From assembly GCA_965215125.1 (NCBI GenBank), contig OZ244052.1, positions 768,001 to 832,000 of the forward strand: a DNA stretch of 64,000 nucleotides, written 5' to 3'. Of this stretch, positions 54,158 to 63,907 are shown piece after piece. The translations under genes were made by a program, and so were the position numbers. The stretch comes from an uncultured candidatus Porisulfidus sp. (GTDB lineage: Bacteria > Pseudomonadota > Gammaproteobacteria > Poriferisulfidales > Oxydemutatoraceae). Below the pieces are notes generated by a model. It was not told where the DNA came from. It was given only the letters and a program-made list of their open reading frames with translations, and did no database searches. The number at the start of each line of letters is the position of its first letter. The first letter of the stretch is position 1.

Positions 54158-55660
54158 ATGTCTATAAGTACCGAATTTCATCAAGCGGTTATCTCTTTTA
54201 CATATTACCTAGCCGCAATACTATTTATAACATTTATTGCACTCGCAATAATGGTGGTCGTTATGTATATTGTAGATATTACCCAGTCGCAACATACCAT
54301 CAGAAGAAACTATCCGGTGATAGGACGGTTTAGATATTTGTTTGAAAGATTAGGAGAATTTTTTAGACAATATTTCTTTGCCCTAGACCGCGAAGAACTG
54401 CCTTTCAATAGAGCCCAGCGGAGTTGGGTCTATCGTGCAGCCAAGAACAAAGATACAACCGTTGGATTCGGATCTACCAAAGACTTACGACCGGCCGGCA
54501 GTATTCTTTTTGTCAACTGCCCTTATCCGACATTAGATCGGGATGCTGCCGAAACCAGTACTGTCACAATCGGGCCGAATTGCCCGAATCCCTATAGTAC
54601 TGCATCACTAGTCAATATCTCGGGAATGAGTTATGGTGCGATTTCCAAACCGGCAGTGCTCGCCCTATCCAAAGGAGCCAAAATGGCAGGATGCTGGATG
54701 AATACCGGAGAAGGTGGGCTCAGTCCTTATCATCTAGAAGGTGGTGCCGATATTGTCTTTCAAATCGGTACCGCTAAGAATGGGGTCAGAACGCTTGACG
54801 GTCACCTGGATGACAAAAAGCTTGCAGAAGTCGCAGCGCACCCTCAAGTCAAGATGTTTGAACTCAAACTCAGCCAAGGTGCCAAGCCCGGCAAAGGCGG
54901 TATTCTTCCGGCGACCAAAGTAACTGCCGAGATTGCCCAAATACGCGGTATAGAACAAGGTAAAGATGCGGTTAGCCCTAATCGGCATCCCGAGATAAAC
55001 AATAATTCCGAACTATTGGATATGATCAACCATATACGCGCCGTCACTGCCAAGCCTATCGGGTTTAAGGTGGTGCTAGGCGCTTACGGCTGGCTCTCAA
55101 CCCTATGTGAGGAAATTATCAATCGCGGTGTAGAGTCGGCACCCGACTTTATTACCATTGATAGTGCAGACGGTGGAACCGGTGCCGCGCCCATGCCGTT
55201 AATCGACGATATGGGCTTGCCGCTTCGCGAAAGTCTCGCGATGCTTGTGGATACACTTGAAAAATATAATTTACGCGAACGAATCAAGGTAATTGCATCG
55301 GGGAAATTAATTACCCCTGCCGATGTTGCTTGGGCATTATGCATAGGCGCGGACTTTGTTGTTTCCGCGCGCGGTTTCATGTTTGCATTGGGGTGTATAC
55401 AGGCACTGCAATGCAACAGAAATACCTGCCCTACCGGCATTACGACCCACAACCCTAAGTTGCAAAAGGGTTTGGTGCCGGAAGACAAAGCGATACGAGT
55501 ATCCAATTATTTCAAACGGCTTACTTATGAAACCGGAGTTATCGCTCATTCTTGCGGTGTGTTAAACCCACGAGAATTAAAGCGTTTCCACGCTCGCGTC
55601 GTAATGCCTAATGGTTTGTCCGTTTCGCTCAGTGATCTGTACCCGGAAATTAATGGATGA
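54158..55660 (+). CDS. FMN-binding glutamate synthase family protein
   Basis: SGMSYGAIS, NTGEGG, KLSQGAKPGKGG, GCIQALQC....CPTG. Confidence 0.92.
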   Translation: MSISTEFHQAVISFTYYLAAILFITFIALAIMVVVMYIVDITQSQHTIRRNYPVIGRFRYLFERLGEFFRQYFFALDREELPFNRAQRSWVYRAAKNKDTTVGFGSTKDLRPAGSILFVNCPYPTLDRDAAETSTVTIGPNCPNPYSTASLVNISGMSYGAISKPAVLALSKGAKMAGCWMNTGEGGLSPYHLEGGADIVFQIGTAKNGVRTLDGHLDDKKLAEVAAHPQVKMFELKLSQGAKPGKGGILPATKVTAEIAQIRGIEQGKDAVSPNRHPEINNNSELLDMINHIRAVTAKPIGFKVVLGAYGWLSTLCEEIINRGVESAPDFITIDSADGGTGAAPMPLIDDMGLPLRESLAMLVDTLEKYNLRERIKVIASGKLITPADVAWALCIGADFVVSARGFMFALGCIQALQCNRNTCPTGITTHNPKLQKGLVPEDKAIRVSNYFKRLTYETGVIAHSCGVLNPRELKRFHARVVMPNGLSVSLSDLYPEING

Positions 55661-55695
55661 ATACATTATTTGTGTAAGTACGGCACTGGCTCCCT

Positions 55696-56373
55696 CTAAA
55701 TCTGTGTCCACATTCTAAACAGATTTGTATACAGCCACTCTAGTTCTTTACTTTCTTGAGAGTCGGGGGCTTTAGCTCTTATGCGGTTTTGCACTTTGCC
55801 GATTCTATATATCAGTTCCCGATGTAAAGGATTCGGTATTAGGCTTTGTACCCAAGTAATAGCAACCAGACGACAACCGCTTTTAATGGGTTCAACCCGA
55901 TGGGTAGTTGTTGCCGTGTATAGCACGGCATCGCCGGCGGGATATTTAGCGGTATGCGTATCGTCGCCTTCCAGTGTGCCGATAAGCAATTCGCCACCTT
56001 CGTATTCGTCCGGGTTATTTAGAAAAATAGTTATTGCGATATCGGAACGATAGAGATGCGGTGGTTGTCCCATCACCGGGTTATCGGTATGATCGCCGTA
56101 ATAGTCTCCTTCACGATATGAAGCGTAGTAGGGTTCGGCAATTTTATGCGGTAAGGCAATCGCTTGATACTCGGGATGGGTAATGAGTTTGGGCATGACG
56201 ATTGCATTGAGTTTTTCTAGGGTGGCATCGGCGTTTGAAACCTCCTGATTGTGTTTATTCGGGCGGGCATGTTTCCCTGCCGACAGGCGACCGTCTACGA
56301 AACGAGCTTGTTTGAGCAGTTCGTTAATCTTGCTTAAATCGTCGGCAGAGAGTAGCGCGTTTATTCGGTACAT
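55696..56373 (-). CDS. Fe(II)/2-oxoglutarate dioxygenase (PiuC/YbiX-like)
   Basis: FVDGRLSAG, HTDN, RSD, YEGGEL, H.VEPI..G.R....W.QS. Confidence 0.9.
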   Translation of the reverse strand: MYRINALLSADDLSKINELLKQARFVDGRLSAGKHARPNKHNQEVSNADATLEKLNAIVMPKLITHPEYQAIALPHKIAEPYYASYREGDYYGDHTDNPVMGQPPHLYRSDIAITIFLNNPDEYEGGELLIGTLEGDDTHTAKYPAGDAVLYTATTTHRVEPIKSGCRLVAITWVQSLIPNPLHRELIYRIGKVQNRIRAKAPDSQESKELEWLYTNLFRMWTQI

Positions 56374-56375
56374 TA

Positions 56376-57134
56376 TTATTGGGGGTTAAAGCTCCGCAAG
56401 TTATGGCGCAACACAACCTCTATTTGGAAGGCTTTCAGTGCACTTCCTATTCTTTGGGCTTGCTCCAGTTCACTGTAGGGACCTAGCCACACTCTATGGT
56501 ATTGTGCATCTTTGTAGGCAGCTTGAAAAATATGTACATCTTTATAGCCCAAATCGACAATTTTGCGTCGTTGTATTTGTGCTTGTAGCGCAGTTGTGAA
56601 AGTGCCGGCTTGTAAAATATAGCGCGTCGGTGATGTGTCTTCGTTATCGTCATTACCTTCATCGTCTTCGCCTGCCTTTCCATCTACTCTGTCGTCCGCA
56701 TCATCTCCGGAAAAATCCTCATCGGCTGCGTTCGGAATAATTGTCAGCTCGGTCCGATCTTGGGGGGGCGTATCGGCAATGGGGGCCGGCGGCAATTCAA
56801 ACTCTTCTAGTTCTTTGTAGAATTGATAATCTATGGACTGACTCTTGGGTTGGTTTTTAGATGCTTCGGTCGGAGCAGAGGTCTGCGACTGTGCCTTATT
56901 ATCCGCTGGGTCGGGAGCAGTCGACTCGGGATATTCACTATCACCACCGGCAGTTGAATGATAGCTGTTTAGGTATGTTATGAAAAGCGCACCTGCAACA
57001 AGCAATCCGGACAAAAAGCCTCCCCCGAAAATAGCTATAACTGCTGTCCTCTTGAATGTACTCTCACCGCTTGTGTTTTTTTTCGCCGGTGGCTGTGTCG
57101 CCGGTGATTTTTTCTTATAGTCTTTGATTGCCAT
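56376..57134 (-). CDS. SPOR-domain cell division protein (FtsN-like)
   Basis: One TM helix, YQFY..L, acidic linker, YILQAGTF...HRVWLGPY; follows argS. Confidence 0.85.
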   Translation of the reverse strand: MAIKDYKKKSPATQPPAKKNTSGESTFKRTAVIAIFGGGFLSGLLVAGALFITYLNSYHSTAGGDSEYPESTAPDPADNKAQSQTSAPTEASKNQPKSQSIDYQFYKELEEFELPPAPIADTPPQDRTELTIIPNAADEDFSGDDADDRVDGKAGEDDEGNDDNEDTSPTRYILQAGTFTTALQAQIQRRKIVDLGYKDVHIFQAAYKDAQYHRVWLGPYSELEQAQRIGSALKAFQIEVVLRHNLRSFNPQ

Positions 57135-57144
57135 CTGTAAATGC

Positions 57145-58884
57145 CTACATGCGTTCGGGTGCGGATGCCCCGAGCATAGTCAGTCCGTTGAATAGTATGT
57201 GCTTCACCGCAGTAATCAATATCAATCGAGCATTGCGCAGTTGTTCGTCGTCCACTAGAAAGCGGTAGTGGTTATAGTAGCTGTGGAAATCGGTTGCAAG
57301 TTCCCGCAAGTATTCCAATAATACTTGTGGTTCTTTGGTCTCGGCAGCCGTCGGCAATACCGAAGTATAGCGCAATAGAGATTTCATCAGGGTACGCTCT
57401 TCGGCTTCTTTTAAGCGGTCGAGTTTGGCTGCAACAACACTGTGGCTATAACCTTGCTCTTCCATTTGTCTGAACACGCTACAAATTCTGGCATGCGCAT
57501 ACTGCAGGTAATAAATTGGGTTGTCGTTGCTTTGGGATTTGGCAAGTTCCATGTCGAAGTCTATGTGTTGGGTATATTTACGCATCATATAAAACAAGTG
57601 CATCGCATCGCTGCCGATTTGTTTTCTAATCGCAGACAGCGGAATGAATTGTCCGCCACGGGTAGACATTGCGGTCTTTAGACCGCTCTGATAAAGGTTG
57701 ACGAATTGCACCAATATAACATGCAGTTTGTCGGCATCCAACCCTAAGGCTTCAATCGCGGCGTGCAACCGTGCCACATAACCGTGGTGGTCGGCACCCC
57801 AGATATTAATAACGAGATCGTAGTTCCTTTGATATTTATCTAAATGGTATGCGATATCGGCGGCGAAATAGGTGCTTTGTTCGTTGGAGCGCACCAAAAC
57901 CCGATCCTTCTCATCGCCGAAATCGGTTGAGCGAAACCACTGCGCACCTTCTTTTTCGTACAGCATGCCGCGCCCATCCAATTGCGCAATCGCCTTGTTT
58001 ATTCGGTCTTCGTTGCGTAACGAGGACTCGAAAAACCAATTGTCGTAGACGATGCCGAATAGTTTTAGCTCTGCCTTGATAACTTCCATCATCATGTTCA
58101 ATGCCTCTGCATAGACCGCTGAATAGCGCGTGGTTCCGAGTTCTTGTTTCATGCAGCTCAGCAAATAATCCAAATGTTTCTCTTGCGCTTCATCATCTGC
58201 ATCATTCGCCGTTTCGGGTTGCCAACTTGCGACATAAAATTGTTCGCCTTGTTGGCGATGGAGCTGGGCAGCCATATCCCAGATATAGTCGCCGTTGTAG
58301 GCTTTTGCCGGAAACTCCACCTTGCCACCGCACAATTCCAAGTAGCGCAACCATATGGAGAGGCTCAGCATTTCCATCTGCCGCCCGCAATCGTTCACAT
58401 AATACTCACATTCAACACGATAACCATTTGCTTTGAGTATGTTGGCAAGGGCAGCACCGAAGGCGGCACCGCGCCCGTGCCCGATATGCAGGGGACCGGT
58501 AGGATTCGCCGATACGAACTCCAGTAATGCACGACCTCGGCTGCCGGCCGGCGCACATCCGTATTGAGCACCCCGACGAACGATCTCCAAAACCACCTCT
58601 GCATAGGCTTTTTCTTTTAAGTGAAAATTGATAAAACCGGGACCTGCGACTGCAACCTGTTCTATAAAATCCGACTCGGGTAATTCGGCAACAATGCGGT
58701 CGGCTAAATCACGCGCCGCCATCTTTGCCGACGACGCAAGTGTTAGTGCGATATTGCTGGAATAATCACCGTGGACACTTTCTCGTGTTAACTGCACCTC
58801 GGGTTCAATTACCGTAGGCAGAACACCCGCCTTGTGCAGAGTAATTAGACTATCGCCGATCCATTGTTTAATTTGTGCGTGCAT
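57145..58884 (-). CDS. argS: Arginine-tRNA ligase
   Basis: GPGFINF, EFVSANPTGPLHIGHGR, WGADHHGY, YLQYAHAR, APERM. Confidence 0.99.
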   Translation of the reverse strand: MHAQIKQWIGDSLITLHKAGVLPTVIEPEVQLTRESVHGDYSSNIALTLASSAKMAARDLADRIVAELPESDFIEQVAVAGPGFINFHLKEKAYAEVVLEIVRRGAQYGCAPAGSRGRALLEFVSANPTGPLHIGHGRGAAFGAALANILKANGYRVECEYYVNDCGRQMEMLSLSIWLRYLELCGGKVEFPAKAYNGDYIWDMAAQLHRQQGEQFYVASWQPETANDADDEAQEKHLDYLLSCMKQELGTTRYSAVYAEALNMMMEVIKAELKLFGIVYDNWFFESSLRNEDRINKAIAQLDGRGMLYEKEGAQWFRSTDFGDEKDRVLVRSNEQSTYFAADIAYHLDKYQRNYDLVINIWGADHHGYVARLHAAIEALGLDADKLHVILVQFVNLYQSGLKTAMSTRGGQFIPLSAIRKQIGSDAMHLFYMMRKYTQHIDFDMELAKSQSNDNPIYYLQYAHARICSVFRQMEEQGYSHSVVAAKLDRLKEAEERTLMKSLLRYTSVLPTAAETKEPQVLLEYLRELATDFHSYYNHYRFLVDDEQLRNARLILITAVKHILFNGLTMLGASAPERM

Positions 58885-59000
58885 GGAACGGACATTTTAC
58901 CAGTTATTCAATAATCGTCGGCTTTACATTACCGATTAACATGCCGGCTCAGTTGAATAGAACGCGTTTCGCGTAGTTTTATCGAAGGTAAATCTAAGCC

Positions 59001-59198
59001 CTACTTTGCCACCACCAACACGATGCTTGCCAAGAACACGCCGATGATCGAGGTCATTGCGACGATGCTTCCGATGAATAATGCAACTCCCCATTTACTA
59101 ATATTCGCATGAAATGCCGATTGAGCTGCTTTTATTTCCGCTATCTCAGACTTTATTTCAACTATCATTTCGTATAAATTTTCATTAGTTATTTTCAT
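59001..59198 (-). CDS. 65-aa coiled-coil plus C-terminal TM microprotein
   Basis: SD CAGGAG; heptad-like IVEIKSEIAEIK, then a long hydrophobic tail. Confidence 0.7.
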   Translation of the reverse strand: MKITNENLYEMIVEIKSEIAEIKAAQSAFHANISKWGVALFIGSIVAMTSIIGVFLASIVLVVAK

Positions 59199-59304
59199 CT
59201 GTTTTCTCCTGTTAATAAATTATAAATAAACATCTTGCTAAAGCAAGATGCTGCTCAGAGAAAGCAGTATATTTCGGTACTGATTAGGCACGATTCGGCA
59301 ATCC

Positions 59305-59335
59305 GACGAACGGTAGTAAATATTAGACAGACGGG
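59305..59335 (-). promoter_or_regulatory. Tandem AlgR/LytTR-like boxes upstream of the microprotein
   Basis: Minus strand CCCGTCTGTC-N11-ACCGTTCGTC, 21 bp apart; the proximal box is the exact AlgR consensus. Confidence 0.55.
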
Positions 59336-59349
59336 GTGGTCACAACGCG

Positions 59350-61539
59350 TTAATCTATTTCCAGCGGGTCCACATCAAAATGCCAACGCACATCTTTCTG
59401 CACGGGCAAGGCTTTCACCTTTTTTACGAGTGCGGCGATGTAGCGGTTTAGCACGGTGGCACGCGGTGCTTCAAACAACATGCACGCACGGTGATAGCCG
59501 GCTTTTTTCTCCATTGTTGCCGGTATCGGTGGATAAACATGTATCTGCTTGTCTTGCGCCAACTGTTTCGCGTATCGTTCAACACGATGCAGAAACTCAA
59601 TGCTCAAGTTTGGTTGCCGCGCTTTCACACGGAGCAATGTTAAATGACAATACGGCGGTAGTCCCACTTGTTGTCGCGCCTCCAACAGCTCTGCCGATAA
59701 TGCCGAATAACCCTTCCGTAATAAGGTGCGCAATAAAGGGTGTTCGGGATGGTGGGTTTGCAAAACCACATCGCCGACTACATCACCCCTTCCCGAGCGA
59801 CCACCGACCTGTGTAATTAGTTGTGACAATCGTTCGGTACTGCGGAAATCGGGTGAGAATAATCCTTGATCTACATCCACAATGCAGGTTAATGTGATCG
59901 CCGGCAGATGATGCCCTTTGGTCAGTATCTGAGTGCCGACAATGATGTCAACCTGTTTTGCATGAATTTGCTCGAGCTGTCGGGCTAGTGCGTCTTTACG
60001 ACGTACGGCATCGGTATCTATCCTAACGGTGCGCGCATTCGGGAAAAGTGTTTGTGTTTTTTCTTCTATTTGCTGGGTGCCTACCCCGATAGCCTCTAAT
60101 GTATCCGATTGGCATTTCGGGCATCGTTGCGGTATCGCGAACCTTGCACCGCAATGATGGCAGTCGAGTTTATTAATGTGCTTATGATAGACAAGGTAGG
60201 CATCGCAATGTGCACATGTCAACGCCTCTCCACATTGACGGCACATCATCAGCGGCGCATATCCTCTACGATTGATAAACAGCAAAACCTGCTCTTGCTT
60301 TTTTATGCGGTCGTCGATCATGTCAATGAGCGGTTCGGACAAGCCACTGTTCAGCCATTTCCCGCGTACATCGATAATACGGAAGTTCGGCATCGCCGCA
60401 TTGCCGGCGCGCCGCATAAGCCGTTGGTGTTTATAACGATTACCGAGTGCGTTGTGTAAGGTCTCCAGCGCAGGTGTTGCACTGCCCAACAATATCGGTA
60501 TCCCTTCGAGCTGTGCGCGCTTAACCGACATATCACGCGCGTGATAGCGCAACGATTCCATTTGCTTATAAGAGCTATCGTGCTCCTCGTCGACAACGAT
60601 TAAACCCAGTTGTTTGAACGGCAAAAACGATGCCGAGCGTGTGCCGATAACGATTTGAACGGTGCCGTCCAATGCAAAGCTCCAGATACGCAGCCGCTCG
60701 TTATCGCTCAACCCGGAGTGAAAAACCTGCACCGATTGACCGAAACGTTTTCTAAATCGTGCTACCGTTTGTATCGTCAATGCAATTTCCGGCACTAAAA
60801 CGAGTACTTGCTTTTTTTGTGCGAGGATAAACTCGCAGAGTTCCAAATAGATTTCTGTTTTCCCGCTACCGGTAACCCCTTCCAGCAAGGTGCAGGAAAA
60901 ATTGCCGTATTCGGCAAGCACTGCTTTCACCACGCGTTGTTGGTCGGCATTGAGCTTGTGACGCGGTGCCGAGCCTGGTACGGTGATTTGTTCTTTTATC
61001 TTTACTTGCCGCCTCTCAACCAAACCTTTCTGCTCCAGACTTTTAAGCGAAGCGTGCCAGCCCTTAAACTCTATATCGAGCAGTGTTTTGTCGGCACCCT
61101 CTAGTTTTGCTAGCCATTCAAGCAATGCGCGCTGCTTGGATGCACGCTTGGAAAGCTCGGTGTCTTGCTCCCGATTGCGACAAACCCGCCAAACCTCTAT
61201 CGTATCGGGCGGCAAAGATTTATCCGAGCGAAGCAAATGCGGTAAAGCGACTTTTAGCACACCACCGAGCGGATAATGGTAATACCACGACACCCATTTC
61301 AGCAACGACAACAGACTTTCGGGGATTACGGCTTTTTTGTCCATCACCCGAATGATCGGCTTTAGTTTTTCAACCGGCACTTCCGTATTTTGTTGTTGAG
61401 ATATCACTATACCGATACAATCTCTGCCTCGTAAGGAGATTTTTACCCGCATCCCCGGTTGCACCTTCTGCCCATTGGGTAAATAATCGAAGCAAGCGGG
61501 CATCGAGGAAGGGATCGCAATTCGCAGTACGGAAGTCAT
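59350..61539 (-). CDS. priA: Primosomal protein N'
   Basis: GVTGSGKTE, DEEHD, SATP, Cys-rich region, QVGGRSGR, DVDP. Confidence 0.98.
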   Translation of the reverse strand: MTSVLRIAIPSSMPACFDYLPNGQKVQPGMRVKISLRGRDCIGIVISQQQNTEVPVEKLKPIIRVMDKKAVIPESLLSLLKWVSWYYHYPLGGVLKVALPHLLRSDKSLPPDTIEVWRVCRNREQDTELSKRASKQRALLEWLAKLEGADKTLLDIEFKGWHASLKSLEQKGLVERRQVKIKEQITVPGSAPRHKLNADQQRVVKAVLAEYGNFSCTLLEGVTGSGKTEIYLELCEFILAQKKQVLVLVPEIALTIQTVARFRKRFGQSVQVFHSGLSDNERLRIWSFALDGTVQIVIGTRSASFLPFKQLGLIVVDEEHDSSYKQMESLRYHARDMSVKRAQLEGIPILLGSATPALETLHNALGNRYKHQRLMRRAGNAAMPNFRIIDVRGKWLNSGLSEPLIDMIDDRIKKQEQVLLFINRRGYAPLMMCRQCGEALTCAHCDAYLVYHKHINKLDCHHCGARFAIPQRCPKCQSDTLEAIGVGTQQIEEKTQTLFPNARTVRIDTDAVRRKDALARQLEQIHAKQVDIIVGTQILTKGHHLPAITLTCIVDVDQGLFSPDFRSTERLSQLITQVGGRSGRGDVVGDVVLQTHHPEHPLLRTLLRKGYSALSAELLEARQQVGLPPYCHLTLLRVKARQPNLSIEFLHRVERYAKQLAQDKQIHVYPPIPATMEKKAGYHRACMLFEAPRATVLNRYIAALVKKVKALPVQKDVRWHFDVDPLEID

Positions 61540-61639
61540 AACATCGGATTATACAAAAGGGGTATTGTATCGCTATATCATAATCAACAATGATGTATCA
61601 TAGATATCAATAGTATGCATAGCTAAATCATAAATAATC

Positions 61640-61996
61640 GTGGATCCCGTCAAGATATTGAACATAACCATAGGGGAAGACAACTATCCCATCCAAGTCC
61701 CCCGTTATATGTTGGAGGAAGGCGAAAGTTTTTTTGCCAAAGTGGACTCCGACATGGACTGCGGTTGGCAAATGAGCCGCCGATGGGTAGAAAATCCCGA
61801 TACCGTTCAGCGATGTCAAATTCTTGCCGACCGAATGCTCACTGCCATACAAACAAAAAATAATCAAATGGTCGGACTGGCAGCAGCGTACATACTAAGT
61901 CGTCTACCCGGAGTAGAACATATAGACTTGGACACCACCGGCGATATCACTCTAACCCGCTTTGAGGTCAACGGTAAATCAATCCCCGACCATTAA
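61640..61996 (+). CDS. Hypothetical protein (118 aa)
   Basis: GTG start; natural-looking composition (FF..D.DMD.GWQMSR.WV..P...RCQI.AD); no function recognised. Confidence 0.7.
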   Translation: MDPVKILNITIGEDNYPIQVPRYMLEEGESFFAKVDSDMDCGWQMSRRWVENPDTVQRCQILADRMLTAIQTKNNQMVGLAAAYILSRLPGVEHIDLDTTGDITLTRFEVNGKSIPDH

Positions 61997-62051
61997 CCCT
62001 AGAGACTTATCATTTCCCTCCCTAAAGGAGGAATCGCGCTTCCCCTATAGA

Positions 62052-62060
62052 TGCTATAAT
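62052..62060 (+). promoter_or_regulatory. Extended -10 promoter, probably giving a leaderless transcript at 62067
   Basis: TGCTATAAT (TGnTATAAT) ends 6 nt before ATG 62067. Confidence 0.6.
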
Positions 62061-62125
62061 TTAGCTATGCAAACAGAGATTTTCCATACCAGCCCCGAAC
62101 AACTTACGGTAAAAAAAGACAACAG

Positions 62126-62854
62126 ATGATATTACCCGACCAAGCGGTTTTAGGGGACTGTATGGAATTATTAAAGCATGTAGAAGAGGATTCTATAGAT
62201 CTAATAGCAACAGACCCCCCTTATGAAATCGGCTATTCCAATTACGCATGGGATGCAAAAAACAAATTGAATTGGGATTACTTGGCGGAAGAATTTAAGC
62301 GAGTTATCAAAACCAACGGCAGTTTGGTTATATTCCAGGGTTGGTCTAATGTTTCAAAAACTATAGCCTCCCTTTCTAGGTATTTTTATCTGAAAAACTG
62401 GATTATTTACGACCGAGTCAAAGGTCGCGGAACAAAAACAAACCTTGTTTCTACCAGAGAAGATATATTATGGTTTGTCAATGATAGAGATAACTATACA
62501 TATAACAAAATATCATCGAACATAAAAAAGAAGACCGGTGGAACCATAGGAAGAAAGAACGGCAACGAGTACAGAGCGATGTCTAATGTATGGACAGACA
62601 TTTCGCCCATTGTCCCTTGGAGTAAAGAAAGAGTTAATCATCCGACACAGAAATCTTTGCAACTGATGGACAGAATATTAGACATATTTAGTAACGAAGG
62701 CAATGTAGTATTGGATTGTTTTGCCGGAAGCGGTAGCACAATAATATCTGCGATAAATAAAAATAGAAAATATATAGGCTTTGAGAACAATGCAGAGTAT
62801 TTTCAAACCATGATAAATAGAATGAAGGAAATCAAAAAGTATAAATTATCGTAG
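62126..62854 (+). CDS. Orphan N4-C/N6-A DNA methyltransferase (beta class)
   Basis: DLIATDPPY before HPTQK and VLDCFAGSGST; AT-rich; no adjacent endonuclease. Confidence 0.93.
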   Translation: MILPDQAVLGDCMELLKHVEEDSIDLIATDPPYEIGYSNYAWDAKNKLNWDYLAEEFKRVIKTNGSLVIFQGWSNVSKTIASLSRYFYLKNWIIYDRVKGRGTKTNLVSTREDILWFVNDRDNYTYNKISSNIKKKTGGTIGRKNGNEYRAMSNVWTDISPIVPWSKERVNHPTQKSLQLMDRILDIFSNEGNVVLDCFAGSGSTIISAINKNRKYIGFENNAEYFQTMINRMKEIKKYKLS

Positions 62855-62896
62855 ATATCTAAAGCAACGCAACCGCCGGGTGCGCATATCAACCGG

Positions 62897-63907
62897 CTAG
62901 ATATGCTCGTATAGTTCGTCAAAAATCACTTTCATCGGAGGGCGTTCTCCCATTGGGAGACGCGTTGCGGTTGTTAGTGGTTGCAGTTCTCCTTCGTCGT
63001 TGCGCACGGCAACCAAATAACGAAACGGGTGCCTGCCCCCTGCCACGAAACGTAAATCAACCCATCTGACACCTTCGGTGTCCTCTTCATAACGATAAAA
63101 TCCTTTGGAAAAGCTAATCAGTTTGGCTAAATCGGAACCGGGGGTGGCAAATGCATTCAGTTTCTCTCGTTCCGGGTAGGCTATGGTTTGATTGAACACT
63201 ATAGGTTTATTCGGACTCACTATCGAATACCAGGCATTAAGGTTTGCATCTTCGGTGATCACCACAGCCCTCCAGATTAGGATATTAAAAGGTGAATTAA
63301 AGGTTTTTAGTTGCTGATAATCGATCTCCTGCCGATCTAGTGCAGTCTCGAAGCGGTGGTTTGCGTAAGTCTTAAATACGATTGCCATCATTATATACAA
63401 AGAGGTCAGTGTGGCTATTGAGAGCAAAACATGGCGGCGATGCCCGACAGGTGCCTTTGATAGAGCAAAGTATGCGAGCCCGCCAATCAAAGGGATGGTA
63501 TAAAAAGGGTCTATGATGAATAAGCTCGACAACGCATAAGGATAACGGCTGAACGGATAAAAGATTTGCGTGCCGTAGACCGTCACCAAGTCCAGAATGA
63601 TATGCGTCGTAAAACACCAAAAGAACAACCAAAACCATTGCTTGGCGGATAATGCGGTTCGCGGCGCAAGCCACACAAACAGTCTAGAGAACAAATAGGC
63701 GGCAAAAGGAACGACGATAAACGAGTGCGTCACACCTCTGTGGGAAACCAGTCTGCTTACATCGTCGGTAAAAAAGCTGTAGATGATATCCAAATCGGGA
63801 AGCGTGCCGGCCAATGCGCCCCAAAGCAATACTTTTTTAGAGGTCTGCTTGCCGGCACTAATACCGGCAACCGTGGCACCTAGTGCCGCTTGTGTGATCG
63901 AGTCCAT
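62897..63907 (-). CDS. Membrane metal-dependent hydrolase (YdjM-like)
   Basis: MDSITQAALG, LPDLD, HRGVTHS, HIILD..T.YGT, IIDP. Confidence 0.88.
   Translation of the reverse strand: MDSITQAALGATVAGISAGKQTSKKVLLWGALAGTLPDLDIIYSFFTDDVSRLVSHRGVTHSFIVVPFAAYLFSRLFVWLAPRTALSAKQWFWLFFWCFTTHIILDLVTVYGTQIFYPFSRYPYALSSLFIIDPFYTIPLIGGLAYFALSKAPVGHRRHVLLSIATLTSLYIMMAIVFKTYANHRFETALDRQEIDYQQLKTFNSPFNILIWRAVVITEDANLNAWYSIVSPNKPIVFNQTIAYPEREKLNAFATPGSDLAKLISFSKGFYRYEEDTEGVRWVDLRFVAGGRHPFRYLVAVRNDEGELQPLTTATRLPMGERPPMKVIFDELYEHI

Noticed and set aside
59235-59816. 193-aa plus-strand ORF and many similar antisense ORFs in the track
   Set aside because: Shadow frames of well-supported genes (here priA) with no motifs
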